Shown here piece after piece: positions 22,836 through 35,137 of a DNA stretch of 43,853 bases; the first letter of the stretch is position 1; every line of letters begins with the position of its first letter. The stretch is taken from assembly GCF_001194135.2 (NCBI RefSeq), contig NC_068991.1, positions 52,053,400 through 52,097,252 on the forward strand, in the 5' to 3' direction. Both the position numbers and the translations under genes were made by a program. A model generated the notes under the pieces. That model saw nothing but the letters and a program-made list of their open reading frames with translations. It did no database searches and was not told the origin of the DNA. Source of the DNA: Octopus bimaculoides (Eukaryota).

Positions 22836-24903
22836 TATAAACCTGTGACCTAGTAAGGAACTCTTAACTGAATTCCAATCCAATAGATTACACATATATT
22901 GGTATTTTCACCATTTATTCTTGCTGTGCAGTTTCTTTTCCAATTGCAAGCGGTCTCTACAGGTTCAAAAAAGCATACCCAAAATCACCATCTTTTATTC
23001 TGCAATATAATCCTGGAAAACTAATGATTTGACTCTAACAAAGCACAAACACGAACCACCTGGAAGCATTGTTATCTTTATCACAATTTGCATTAAAATT
23101 TCTCACATCCGCGACGTAATTATTGGATTCTCTAAGAAAGTATGGGACATTAATAGAATCGAAATTTCATTGAAAATTTGGTTACCTCAGTTTATAAGCT
23201 GACTTAAAAAGATAAGACTGGTTACTTTCTTCTTTTTGTATTTGGTTTACAAGATTCTTGATGTGAATTCGTATGTTGAAACATATTTTGTTGAATCTCA
23301 GGAAGTTCATTCTGCCAATGCGTGTTTATTATTGGCTTAATGACCCACCTGAGATACAGCAGAAAACGGGTTACTTTATTACATTAAAAAAAATATTTTA
23401 TGTTATGTTTATATTACGCAGACTTCTAGAGTTTGTTAACTGGTTTTGCTGATATGGTCTAGAAAATAAAATGGAAATGGTAAAATGAATAATGTTTTGG
23501 ACTATTATCTCAGACGTCTTCAACTGAAACCCGTTGTATGTTTCTTTGTATAACTGAGAAGTAGAGGCATCTAATGCCATCAAGTTGATGTCAGGAATTG
23601 ATGTCAGATCATGTCTTACCCCACATAGACTGGCATTCTAGTTAGGAAAAGATTTAGTTCTTCTACTTAATGCCAAGACAGTAAGACTAAGTGTCGGTTC
23701 ATAAAAGTCCTTCATGCTATGGTGACATTTACATCTCAAAGGTTAGCTTTTACTCTTCATCGCTAGAACTAATTCAACTTTAAACAGCTGCTAACTTTAT
23801 ACAAAGGACAAGTGCGATTCTTGTGTGACTTACTGCATACACAAATATACTCTACTGCCTCCGAAAGAAAAAAGCAATCCACTTGACTGGTAAATAATCA
23901 CAAACGAACACTCTACGACTATTCGCAGACCGACTTATAGTACAATACAAGCTGTGCATCTCATAATGCCCTACTCTTACTTTTGTAACCTTTACCGAGG
24001 TTATTTCCCACCACCGCCACCAAATCCTAATATTAACAATTTCCAGTTCTTCCTTTCTAAAACTAAAGATCTGTTGAATACTCTATCATGTTTCCCCTAG
24101 ACACCTGCCAAAAGAAATTTAAGGAGAACATTACCTTTACTGAAGTCACTCTCCTGGAATAGCCTGGAAAGACTGTGTCCACAGCCACTACTCCGTGAAT
24201 AGGAGGAATTTGACAAAAGTGTAAGATGCTGGGAAATAGTTCGTCATTTAGAGATCTGTCACATGGAGAAGAGCAGTCATATAAGAAATTATGTATACAC
24301 GTCAGTTATCTAAATATAAGAATACATTTTACTACAAGCATTACAGAAACACCCGTATTCTGTTCATCTTATCGTTTTCCTTGATTTCAGACACTGGAGC
24401 GTGGCTAAATTGAAGGGTTCACTAAATTATTATTGACCTTCATATTTAATTTAGTTTGGTATTTATTTTGACAATCCATATTTGTCGAACCGCTGAGTTA
24501 CGAGATATAAAGGGATATGGCACCACTTGTTTGCGAAGCAAATTTAACGACTGGATTATGCCGGTGCGCATAAGCATAGAATATGCATAAATATACTAAT
24601 TATTCGACTGGTATAACTTTCAATAATGTATCGAGAACTGGTGGGGGATTTTTGTTATTTTTGTTTTTTTATCGTAAAATATTTATTGTTCCTTTTTCCA
24701 AACTGTCTTAGGCCTCAGAAATCAACAAAAGACCAAATAACGAGATACAGTTGATATAACTTTCGGCGGGTCTCTATAAAGGCATTCGTTTGTCATACGT
24801 TGCTGTCATTTCACATTTAGGGCCATTCGCAACAGTATCCTTGTGTAGCAACAATCTACCCCGTTGATCACTGCTATATAATAGCACTGATTCGACAGTT
24901 GCA

Positions 24904-25154
24904 ATGAAAGTTAGTGAGAAGATCAGGCAAAGACGGCTTCGAATGTCTGGTCACTGCGTGTGCCACTTTGGACTGGAAGCATCCAAATTAGTTTTGTGGA
25001 ACCCACTTCATGGTGATATAAGAAGAGGAAAACGTTGTCTCACCTACATCGACAACTTGATTGCAGATTCTGACCTGGACACTGAGGCAGTGATGCTGCA
25101 CCGAGAAGGGTGGTGGGTGGACTTTGTTTCCGCGATCCGGGTTAGAACCCGGCC

Positions 25155-25186
<32 letters not shown>

Positions 25187-25190
25187 CCTT
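24904..25190 (+). mobile_element. 3' end of an RTE-clade LINE with (TAA)n tail
   Basis: KVSEKIRQRRLRMSGHC..H...ASKLVLWNPLHG..RRGK..LTYIDNL is the typical RTE/RTE-X ORF C-terminus, followed by (TAA)10. Confidence 0.88.
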
Positions 25191-25457
25191 TAATATAATG
25201 ACAGCTGCGTCCGTCCGTCTGTCCGAAGCCATCAGTAATTAGATAGAGGAAAAGAGGTGAATGAAATAGAAAGTGAAAGAAAGAAAGAGAGACAGAGAGA
25301 GACACTAAGAGAGAGAGAGAGAGACAAAGAGAGAGAGACAAAGAGAGAGAGAATATATGCGTATGTAAAAGGAATGCATTGTGTGTGCGTGTGTACTATG
25401 GAAGTGTAAGAGAATACTGAACGCTGATGTGTGTGTGTGTGTGTGTGCGTGCGTGCG

Positions 25458-25638
25458 TGATGTCACTACTCAGTATTTCGTCCATCTGTTTCGCAATTCT
25501 CCTGCGCAGAGCTGTCAGGTTTTTAAGCCAAAAGCCCTGAACCTCATCTGGGCCAGGCGCTTTCCAGTAAGGAATTTTCTTGCACTGATTTCTAATCCTC
25601 TCCTCGGTTATTCTGAAATCCTCCTCCTGTTTATTTTT
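25458..25638 (-). mobile_element. RT fragment of an RLE-type (R4/Dong-like) non-LTR element
   Basis: Minus translation KNKQEEDFRITEERIRNQCKKIPYWKAPGPDEVQGFWLKNLTALRRRIAKQMDEIL (domain-0 KAPGPD motif). Confidence 0.8.
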
Positions 25639-25954
25639 TAACTAAGAGGACAATAATAACAATATACAAATACATGTGACATATGTCATATCAGTAATTA
25701 AAAAGGACATCTAGTCACCGAAGATGGGACAATGACTTACAGTTGTTTCAGTCAAGAGGTGACATGCCTCATTCTATCTATATAATTCCAGTAGGCTGAA
25801 GTAATTGATAGATGAAATGAATGAAATAGAGATACATGTCTGATTCTCTAGGCCTCTTCAGAGATTTTATAAAGTTCATGAAGTTATATGATATAATATG
25901 TCACATGTGTTTGTATATTGTTATTATTGTCCTCCTAGTTAAAAAATAAACAGG
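25626..25954. repeat. Inverted repeat IR1: 59-bp arms (25626-25684, 25896-25954), 2 mismatches
   Basis: CCTGTTTATTTTTTAACTAAGAGGACAATAATAACAATATACAAATACATGTGACATAT versus its reverse complement. Confidence 0.9.
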
Positions 25955-26585
25955 TAAATTGACATAATACAATGTCTACAATGTCTGCAAGTTGATGAAT
26001 ACCACATATTCCCCTCAATTTTATTATTGCTATATAAATTAAGGGTAAAATATCCTTTTAGCTGCACCCATTTATTGCACTTGGTAATGCGCAGGAAAAC
26101 ACTAGTGTAATAATAATTGGGGATTCTTCCGGCAGTATATTGGATAGATATTATCCCTTAGTGGGTTGGATTCACAACCCCTAACTTTCTTGGATATATA
26201 TATTTATATACACACACAGACACACACACATTATTTAAGTGTTTTCTACTATAGCCTCGGGCCGACCAAAGCCTTGTGAGTAGATTTGGTAGACGGAAAC
26301 TGAAAGAAGCCCGTCGTATATATGTATATATATATATGTATGTGTGTGTATATGTTTGTGTGTCTGTGTTTGTCCCCCTAACATCGCTTGACAACCGATG
26401 GTGGTGTGCTTGCGTCCCCGTAACATAACGGTTCAGCAAAAAAGACCGATAGAATAAGTACTAGGCTTACAAAGAATAAGTCTTGGGGTCGAGTTGCTCG
26501 ACTAAAGGCGGTGCTCCAGTATGGCTGCAGTCAAATGACCGAAACAAGTAAAAGAGTATAAATATAAATAAATGTGCGCGCGCAC

Positions 26586-26659
<74 letters not shown>

Positions 26660-26903
26660 CCAAAAAAAGTTAGGGGTTTTGAATCCAACCCACTAAGGGA
26701 TAATATCTATCGAATATACTGCTGGAAGAATACCCAATTATTATTACACTAGTATTTTTTCATTGCATTACCAAGTGCAATAAATGTGTGCGTGTAAAAA
26801 GATATTTTACCATTAATTTATATAGCAATAAGAAAATGGAGCGGAATAGGTGATATTCACCAACTTGCAGACATTGTATTGTGTCAATTTACTTGTTTAT
26901 TTT
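25942..26903. repeat. Inverted repeat IR2: arms of about 250 bp (25942-26197, 26656-26903) flanking a SINE and (TA)n
   Basis: For example GATATTATCCCTTAGTGGGTTGGATTC..AACCCCTAACTTT on the left and its inverse on the right; arms align along their length with scattered mismatches. Confidence 0.92.
26228..26560 (+). mobile_element. SINE family A, 5'-truncated, in the IR2 spacer
   Basis: CTACTATAGCCTCGGGCCGACCAAAGCCTTGTGAG...CAGTCAAATGACCGAAACAAGTAAAAGAG. Confidence 0.92.
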
Positions 26904-26937
26904 GAATACCACATATTCCCCTCCATTTTCTTATATA

Positions 26938-28715
26938 TCTTAATATATAAATCTGAAGTTGTGTGTCTGTGTGAAGCCTTTTTGAATGTTTATAGAAATC
27001 CACATTTTCCACTTTTTCGTAAAAATTTTTACATCAATGGAATTTTCTCGATGTGAACTTTCCAGTGCAGTAATTAGATTTTTTAAATTCCGTTTACTTT
27101 GTGCGATTTAAGGGAGATTTGGCTGTTGTTTCTNNNNNNNNNNATTTTCTCGATGTGAACTTTCCAGTGCAGTAATTAGATTTTTTAAATTCCGTTTACT
27201 TTGTGCGATTTAAGGGAGATTTGGCTGTTGTTTCTAGCAACTTTTATATTTCATCCCTTCTACCTGGAACGTCATTCTTACACACGCGCTCAACATAAAA
27301 ATATAGAGAGTAAGAGTTAAAGAGGGAGAGGGAGAGAGAGAGAAAAAGTGATACATACAACGTCATAGATTAAAATTTCATCTCAGTGTTCTTTACCTAT
27401 TTTTCATAACATAGATACGTAAAAACACACACAACCACACATACATGACCTGTGACAACAACATACACATTGCTCTCAATCTCTATTCATTTCTCCCCCT
27501 CTTCCTNNNNNNNNNNNNNNNNNNNNNNNNNNNNNNNNNNNNNNNNNNNNNNNNNNNNNNNNNNNNNNNNNNNNNNNNNNNNNNNNNNNNNNNNNNNNNN
27601 NNNNNNNNNNNNNNNNNNNNNNNNNNNNNNNNNNNNNNNNNNNNNNNNNNNNNNNNNNNNNNNNNNNNNNNNNNNNNNNNNNNNNNNNNNNNNNNNNNNN
27701 NNNNNNNNNNNNNNNNNNNNNNNNNNNNNNNNNNNNNNNNNNNNNNNNNNNNNNNNNNNNNNNNNNNNNNNNNNNNNNNNNNNNNNNNNNNNNNNNNNNN
27801 NNNNNNNNNNNNNNNNNNNNNNNNNNNNNNNNNNNNNNNNNNNNNNNNNNNNNNNNNNNNNNNNNNNNNNNNNNNNNNNNNNNNNNNNNNNNNNNNNNNN
27901 NNNNNNNNNNNNNNNNNNNNNNNNNNNNNNNNNNNNNNNNNNNNNNNNNNNNNNNNNNNNNNNNNNNNNNNNNNNNNNNNNNNNNNNNNNNNNNNNNNNN
28001 NNNNNNNNNNNNNNNNNNNNNNNNNNNNNNNNNNNNNNNNNNNNNNNNNNNNNNNNNNNNNNNNNNNNNNNNNNNNNNNNNNNNNNNNNNNNNNNNNNNN
28101 NNNNNNNNNNNNNNNNNNNNNNNNNNNNNNNNNNNNNNNNNNNNNNNNNNNNNNNNNNNNNNNNNNNNNNNNNNNNNNNNNNNNNNNNNNNNNNNNNNNN
28201 NNNNNNNNNNNNNNNNNNNNNNNNNNNNNNNNNNNNNNNNNNNNNNNNNNNNNNNNNNNNNNNNNNNNNNNNNNNNNNNNNNNNNNNNNNNNNNNNNNNN
28301 NNNNNNNNNNNNNNNNNNNNNNNNNNNNNNNNNNNNNNNNNNNNNNNNNNNNNNNNNNNNNNNNNNNNNNNNNNNNNNNNNNNNNNNNNNNNNNNNNNNN
28401 NNNNNNNNNNNNNNNNNNNNNNNNNNNNNNGGGATTACCCTGCTATGTATAATCAGAGCAGCGCAAAAAGTTGTTTTGCACAAGCATTTCTATAGCCAAT
28501 TACACGGATTAAATTTACGTATGCTTAATAATTTTACGCAAAACAGCCTTCAGACTTTCCCTATTAATTTGATAGTCTTTTGAATTATGAACATATTTAC
28601 ATCATAAGGGTTTTTTCGTTGTAAGGCTTTCTTTTTTAGTTGATTTTCAGCTAGCAAGACTTATCGTAGATGGCATAATAAGTCACACCCGGACAAGGTC
28701 GGGTTATACTGCTAG
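26938..28715 (+). mobile_element. Putative Helitron (5' TC and 3' hairpin-CTAG ends; spans two gaps)
   Basis: A|TCTTTAATATATAAATCTGAAGTTGTGTGTCTG start; CCCGGACAAGGTCGGG hairpin + TTATACTG-CTAG|T end. The 3' end is clear; its pairing with this 5' end is inferred. Confidence 0.55.
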
Positions 28716-28728
28716 TATATATATATAT

Positions 28729-28849
28729 ATCAACTTACATAAACAAATTAAAAACACCCTCCAACTAAAATCGCATGCAATATAAAAACTCTACAGAACA
28801 GATAGAACACCCAACCAATACCACATATCGAACCCATCCACAAGTACCA

Positions 28850-28900
<51 letters not shown>

Positions 28901-29025
28901 GGTATTTGTGGATGGGTCCGATATGTGCTATTCCATTGGTTGTGTGTTCTATCTGTTATGTAATTTTTTTATATTGCATGCGATTTTAGTTGGAGGGTGT
29001 TATCAATTTGTTTATGTAAGTTGAT
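28729..29025. repeat. Inverted repeat IR3: arms of about 125 bp (28729-28852, 28897-29025) around (GT)n
   Basis: ATCAACTTACATAAACAAATT..AACACCCTCCAACTAAAATCGCATGCAATATAAAAA... on the left; its reverse complement on the right. Confidence 0.92.
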
Positions 29026-29045
29026 AAGTTGGTGGTAGTCACGTT

Positions 29046-29095
29046 AGTTTCGCCTGATGATCGCACTGGCGTGAAACTCGAGTCGTAAGAAAACT
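29046..29095 (+). ncRNA. Minimal type-I hammerhead ribozyme motif (Penelope type)
   Basis: AGUUUCGC-CUGAUGA-U-CGC(acug)GCG-U-GAAAC-ucga-GUC-GUAAGAAAACU: intact core, palindromic ACUCGAGU stem III, GUC cleavage triplet, imperfect stem I. Confidence 0.7.
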
Positions 29096-29339
29096 CAATT
29101 TCCTCTACAACATGCATAGAATACTCCTTTCTCGTGCCTGTCTGGAGAATTATGTATAGCCTGACGAATAACAAAATGACCGTCGAGTTATTTTTGCCTC
29201 ATTTTCTTCCTTAGGCATTTTTAATATCTGAAAATCAGTGAGGAAATATCATAACTAAATACTGCTTCTTACAATTAGATTGCCTGAGTCTTGCTTGGTT
29301 TGCTCACTCCATTGAGTATGAGGCACTTAATCTCCTTGT

Positions 29340-29520
29340 ATTGTCCACATGGTTGCTCAGCTTGTTAGAAATAATGACCTAAATTCCCTCAAATTACACC
29401 CAATCGTGTTTGAAAAGGAAGACAAATTGGACGATATAGTCTAAAAAATAGACAACAGAATAGACGGGATGGCCAAAGCCAGAATGCTCTTTATCATAGG
29501 TTTGCTCAGTTAAATCTGTC
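29340..29520 (-). mobile_element. Unclassified interspersed repeat of about 200 bp (GAGGGAGATTTGGCTG.T.TTTCTAGC family)
   Basis: Related blocks at about 18410-18555 (+), 27105 and 27215 (+), 32060-32270 (-), 35485-35660 (+) and 40140-40300 (-). Confidence 0.6.
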
Positions 29521-30837
29521 AAGGGGACTAATAAGTTAACGACTAACGTGCATGTAGGGAATATCAAACTTATAGACATCTACGCCATGTGTATTAGGTG
29601 ATATTTTGAATTATTCTCTCTAGATTTGAGCAGTAATTTATCTTTACAATTGATGACGTGATGACAATCTCTGTCATGTCTCACAGTTTCCATTGTCCTA
29701 AAACTAATCAATCGTAAACAATAATAGAAGATTACATTTCCGGACGACTGATTTCAGTAATACTTTCTCAAAATGATTGACACTAAATCCTGAGCAATCT
29801 TTCACTGCGCTCCATCAAATAGACACGTCCTATTTAAAAGACCATCACAGTCCCTGTTGTAAGAGATAACAGTTGTCTGTTCAGTGCCAAATTATCAACT
29901 GGCTTACCTGTCTCCTTTGTAATCTATATTTAATAGACCACTCGCCTACTATTATAGGCGTCGCTTGATAAATAAACACAAAGCCATTGATAATCTGGTG
30001 TGTGTGGTCTAGGAATCACTATATTAGCCAAATGGATCCTGCAGCGTACGTACATCAGTAAGTTTCATGGGAAGGGGAATTAGTGTTCTCTACAAACCGA
30101 GCATATTATATACACGCCACCTCTGTCTTCTTTTTGAATTAGATGTAGATGGTAATAGAATTGCGTGTTTTTAGATCAGTGCGTCTTTAGAAAGACATTT
30201 GTCCATTGTTTAAAATAAACTCAAGTCATGGGAAGTACGCTATGATTTTAAAGAGGGTGGGGGATAATAGTAGTTTAATAGTTTGCTGTAACAGACATTG
30301 TAGTTGTGGTGAAAGAATGAAAAATCTTATTGACACGATGATTATAAACTTCGGTCCGATCTCAGCAGTAGGACAGACAGCAGGTAGAAGAAGCAGGTTG
30401 TGAATTCTACTTAAAATTTGTCACACTTGAGATCTGTCAAATTAAGTCTTATTTACCTCACAACAAAAATATCAACAACCTTAAGAAATGATGAGTTGAA
30501 AAAAAAAATGATTGGTTAAATATGAAGGAATGGACCAAAGTTGATGTAATGGATTATAAAAGTTTTCTTGACGAATCTTTTGGTACTGAACTGCGCTCGT
30601 TCTATTCCATTTCTTTATGTTTGTCAATAGGTTAACCATTTAACCAATTAACTAATCAAATGAAGCAGACTTGTAGTAGAGAAGGCATGTAAAGGACTTT
30701 GACAACCATAGCTGACTAATTAATTGATCGACCGAACGATTAATCAATCAATTAGTTAAATGATTAATCAATTGACAAATAAAATTGATTTAAAAAGTGA
30801 ACTATAACCAGCGCGAGTATCTATTATTTGCATAACG

Positions 30838-31026
30838 TAAGGCGGCGAGCTGGCGTATTCGTTAGCGACATTTCGTCCGCCTTTGCGCTCCGAGTTCAAA
30901 TTCCGCTGAGGTCCACTTTACCTTCATCCTTTCGGGGTTGATAAGATGAGTCCCAGTGTGCAATGGGGTCGATGTAATCTACTAGCCTCTCTTCGAAATT
31001 GCTGGCCTTGTGCCAAAAGTTGAAAC
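30838..31026 (+). mobile_element. SINE family B
   Basis: TAAGGCGGCGAGCTGGCG..TCGTTAGC...GAGTTCAAATTCCGC...CTTCATCCTTTCGGGGTTGATAA...GGCCTTGTGCCAAAA. Confidence 0.88.
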
Positions 31027-32287
31027 TTTTTTTTTTTTTTTTTAATACTGACCCTTCCGAGATACAATAAATGATCACGTTACATTTCATCTAGTTATGG
31101 GGTCTGATCTAGAAGAAAATTGAATTTTTAACAAAGTATTTTTTACATTTAGCACTTTTTATGTCATAATTTCTTGTCAATAAAAACAATGAGAGACAAG
31201 AGGACACATTGCTGAACTGCACTGAGGGCGTTTTTACGGGATTAGCAGCAACTTTGCACAGATACATGTGTCCCAGTATAGAAGTCTTGAGATTTTTTAG
31301 CGCCAACTGATAAGAGCCGAAATATTTTCAGACCAAGAAAAGAAAGACTAATTTTTGCGGTACGAATTTGACGGTATTCCATGTAAGAACATCATTGATT
31401 TCCTTACATTTATCTTCCTTGAGCAAAGCGCAAATATCATCTACTTTTATTTCCTCTTCACAATACATCTGTGACTGTATGTTTAAGCGATCCTTATTCA
31501 AGTAATAACGTGCTAATGACGATGATCATTTCTGTCAGATCTCAAACATGATAGTATCGTATTTTTACTGGGAAAAAGTTGAACTGCTTGTTAATATTTC
31601 CTGATAATGCCATCTATGTTATTATATGGTGTTATATAGAGAGAAATATTAAGTGACAAGGCGTATAAAGGTTGGACATTATACTTTGTTATGTAGACAG
31701 TGATGATGGCTTTAATATCAATGGTGATGTCGAGGCTGACAATGATAAGAATGACTACGACGACGAGGTCAAATACAACAGGTGCAAACCACAATTCTTT
31801 TTGATGAATTCCTATTATATGAGACAGTTTTGTAGAGGATAAGAGAGGTTGTAATGAAAATACATGGGTTATTCGTAGCCAACGGAAATATATATCTATA
31901 ATAATGTTTCACCTGAAGGGCTGAAACAAATTAGAAAAGATGACGTTTGTAAGCAGATAACTGTTTGCTTTTCTTGCTTTTTTTTTGTTTTTATTTGTTT
32001 TGTTTTTTGTTCGTGGTATAACAATTGCTTTTCTCTTGTAAAATATAAATGGTGTAAACCATTTGCAAGGCTGCCTCTATGTGGTCACTTGATAAGCTAG
32101 AAATAGCAGATAAATCTCCATCAAATTACATTTTACCATCTTAAGAAAGTGAAAGAACACACTGGATAATGTTCTACATTACATCTCTTGATAGTCACAC
32201 GGATAGAGTACTTTTGACATAATCTGCTCCATTAGAGTTGACCGGAATTTAAACAACAATAACAGTTAGTCAATATTTCAGTTAAAC

Positions 32288-32476
32288 AAAGCGGCGAGCT
32301 GGAAGAATCGTTAGCACGCCAGGAAAAATACATAGTGACAATTCCACCGAGGCTAACTTTGCCTTTCATCATTCCGGGGTCGATAAAATAAGTACCAGCT
32401 GAGCATAAGGATTGATGTAATCGACTTACCCCTCCTTCAAACTTGGTGGCCTTGTGCCAAAATTTGAAACCAATAT
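32288..32476 (+). mobile_element. SINE family B
   Basis: GCGGCGAGCTGGAAGAATCGTTAGCACGCC...GCCTTTCATCATTCCGGGGTCGATAAAATAAGTACCAG...GGCCTTGTGCCAAAATTTGAAACC. Confidence 0.9.
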
Positions 32477-32636
32477 TTTCAATTATACTGGATTATGTGG
32501 TGTTCGAGCCTTTATCTAGGACATTGATGACGTCTGTTCCGTTCCTAATGTTATTGGTGTTAGAAATAAAATGAAATGGCTACATTCAGCTACAGCAAGA
32601 CAGTCATGCACTTATCAAAGAGACATACAATATTAT

Positions 32637-32678
<42 letters not shown>

Positions 32679-32934
32679 CATCTTCATGAGCAACCGAGAA
32701 ATAAAACCCTTCCCTCACAAACCTAACATCTCTGCTCCTCTTAACATTTCTATGAGACCTCATCCACAAAGGCCCGAATTAAAACTCCATTCTCAATAGA
32801 TTGAACTCCTCATCCCATCCCACCCGCCGCCTTATCCTTTATCTTTCATCTTAAACTTGATTCAGTCAGAGACAAGCCTAAAATATCAGCTGCATCGAAT
32901 CCATTAATCCATTAATTCTTTTAAGAGAATATAT

Positions 32935-33628
32935 TTATGTGTGTACATCTGTCTATGTTTGTTACCCTCATCATCACTTGACAACCGTCGTTGGTGTTTT
33001 TACGTCCCTGTAACTTAGCGGTTCTGCAAAAGAGACCGATAGGACAAGTATTAAACTTACTAAGAATAAGTCCTGGGATCGATTTCTTCATCTAAAAGGT
33101 GGTACTCCAGAGTGGCCACAGTCAAATGACTGAAACAAGTAAAAGAATAAAAGAATAAACGAGTAAGATGTATAAAATATCATTTTCTAGGCATGACACA
33201 CACAATTCTGGTCTGACGAAAATTATAAACATGAAATGTAGCTGTGTGGTAAGAAGCTTGCTTCCCAACCACATGGTTCCGGGTTCAGTCCCACTGAGTA
33301 GCACCTCGGGCAAGTGTTTACTATAGCCTCGAGCCGACCAAAGCCTTGTGAGTGGATTTGGAAGACGGAAAAATGGAAGAAGCCCGTCGTGTGTGCGCGT
33401 TTGTGTGTGTGTGTGTGTGGGGGGTAGTGTCTTTGTATTTGTGTTTGTCTTCCATCACCGCTTGACAACCAGTGTTGGTGTATCTACGCCTCCGTAACTC
33501 AGCTGTTCGGCAAAGAAACCAATAGAGTATGTAACAATCTTTAAAAAATAGTTTTAGCGTCGATTTATTCGACTAAAAATTCTCCAATACAGTGCTCCAG
33601 CAGGGCTGCAGTCTAATGACTGTAAAAT
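32935..33628 (+). mobile_element. Two tandem SINE family A copies (3' half 32935-33165; full 33238-33628)
   Basis: Both carry CTTGACAACC...TAACTTAGCGGTTC.GCAAA.GA.ACC.ATAG...CTCCAG...GCAGTC.AATGACTG. Confidence 0.9.
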
Positions 33629-35095
33629 GAATCTTTAACTATAAAGATCTGTAGAGATTTTGAAGTATTGTGGTGGCTGATTTCTTATTTCGAAGTACAT
33701 GGTCAGTTTTCACAAAGTATATTTCTAGCACTAAATTTATCACCCACCAAATGGAAAATTCGATGCAGGAGGGAGTTAAATGAGAACATAGAAGGAACAA
33801 CACTACATAGTACAATATGGCGTTTAGTAGTTTCAACCGCTTGTCTCTACTCATATTACTCATTAGTAATTATTAATTAACCATCATTTGTGGATTTAAA
33901 TATTTCTTCTATTTTATTTCTACTCTAAAGATTATTTTCAGATAATTAAGATGATGTATAATGGATGTATAATTCAGAGGTGTATAATAAGAATATGTAT
34001 AACTTTTAATAGTATAACTACCGTTAAACATCTCAATAAGTTTTGGTATCTTTAACAAAAGATTTTTATATAATTAAGCACACACACACACGCACGCACA
34101 CGCACACAAATATATAATGTATGCAATATATATGTGTACATATATATCTTGTATCAAAATATGTAAATAAATGTAAAAATATATAAACTTGAGTAAGTAT
34201 TATATGACATTATATATATATACAAACTGGAAGAGGGAGAAAGAGAGAAAGAAATTCGATACTTAACTCCGGTTTCATCGGTGAGGAGGAATATGAATCG
34301 CTCATTGGACGGTGGTGGTGAGCGGTGGGTGGGGTGATGGCAATCTATCGCGGATAACGTTAGATAATCACCAGGTACCTACCTATACATGAGAGATGAG
34401 AGTTAGGTAAAGTAAAGGAGAATATAACAATCTGGTCAGAATCACAACGAGACACCGGCAACATATTCCAACCGATTGACTTTTAGCTTGCAATACAATA
34501 TCGTGTGTAGCCACGCAGTTATTTGATACATTTATTCATAAAATTGTTTTAGTTTTATTACTATTCGTCTTAGTGCTGTTGTTTACATACATATCAAATG
34601 GATAATATAGTAAGGATATCAAACTTAATCGTATATGAAAGCTAACCTGACATCATATTATATCCAGCTTTTCCTTACCAGCAATCCCCCACCGACGGCC
34701 TTTCTAATAAGCTGAATCAACAGGAATATTGAGTGGTTTTCTTCTCTAAGGTTGGTTGGTCGGTAGCTTGTCAATTACCCAGCCGAGCAACTCTCTTGTT
34801 TTACAATACTGACGATAAGCCGGAAGATGTAAATATTAATAAGAATAATACTTTCAAGCCATACACAGAAGTTTATATCCCTTCATCTTTCACTTTTTTG
34901 GTTTCTATTTATTTACAGTGTTTTTATGTTTTTGGTTGGCACCTTTGACCTGAGTTTCATCAGACACAGAACACTTATCTTTAACCGGGAAGTTTTCTCA
35001 CGCTAGACGGCAGAGAGAGACTCTCCCGGAGGTGGGAGGAGGTGGAAGAGGAGGAGGAGGAGGAGACAGGTTGTGATGAAGGTGAGAGAGAATGT

Positions 35096-35137
<42 letters not shown>

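Noticed and set aside
23619-23640. Minus-strand 18-nt microexon with a good donor
   Set aside because: It overlaps a decayed copy of the GGGAGATTT.G interspersed repeat, so it is probably a chance signal.
26065-26085. TATTGCACTTG, the miR-92 5' end
   Set aside because: The match stops at 11 nt and lies inside a repeat arm with no local pre-miRNA hairpin.
27042-27235. 92-bp perfect tandem duplication
   Set aside because: The two copies are separated by a 10-N gap, a classic unmerged contig overlap (assembly artefact).
31697-31780. Acidic ORF DSDDGFNINGDVEADNDKNDYDDE
   Set aside because: Better explained as a decayed (GAT/GAC)n repeat; the donor is weak.
34940-34965. Minus-strand CTGATGAAACTCAGGTC, hammerhead-like
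   Set aside because: Stem II is absent and stem I does not pair.
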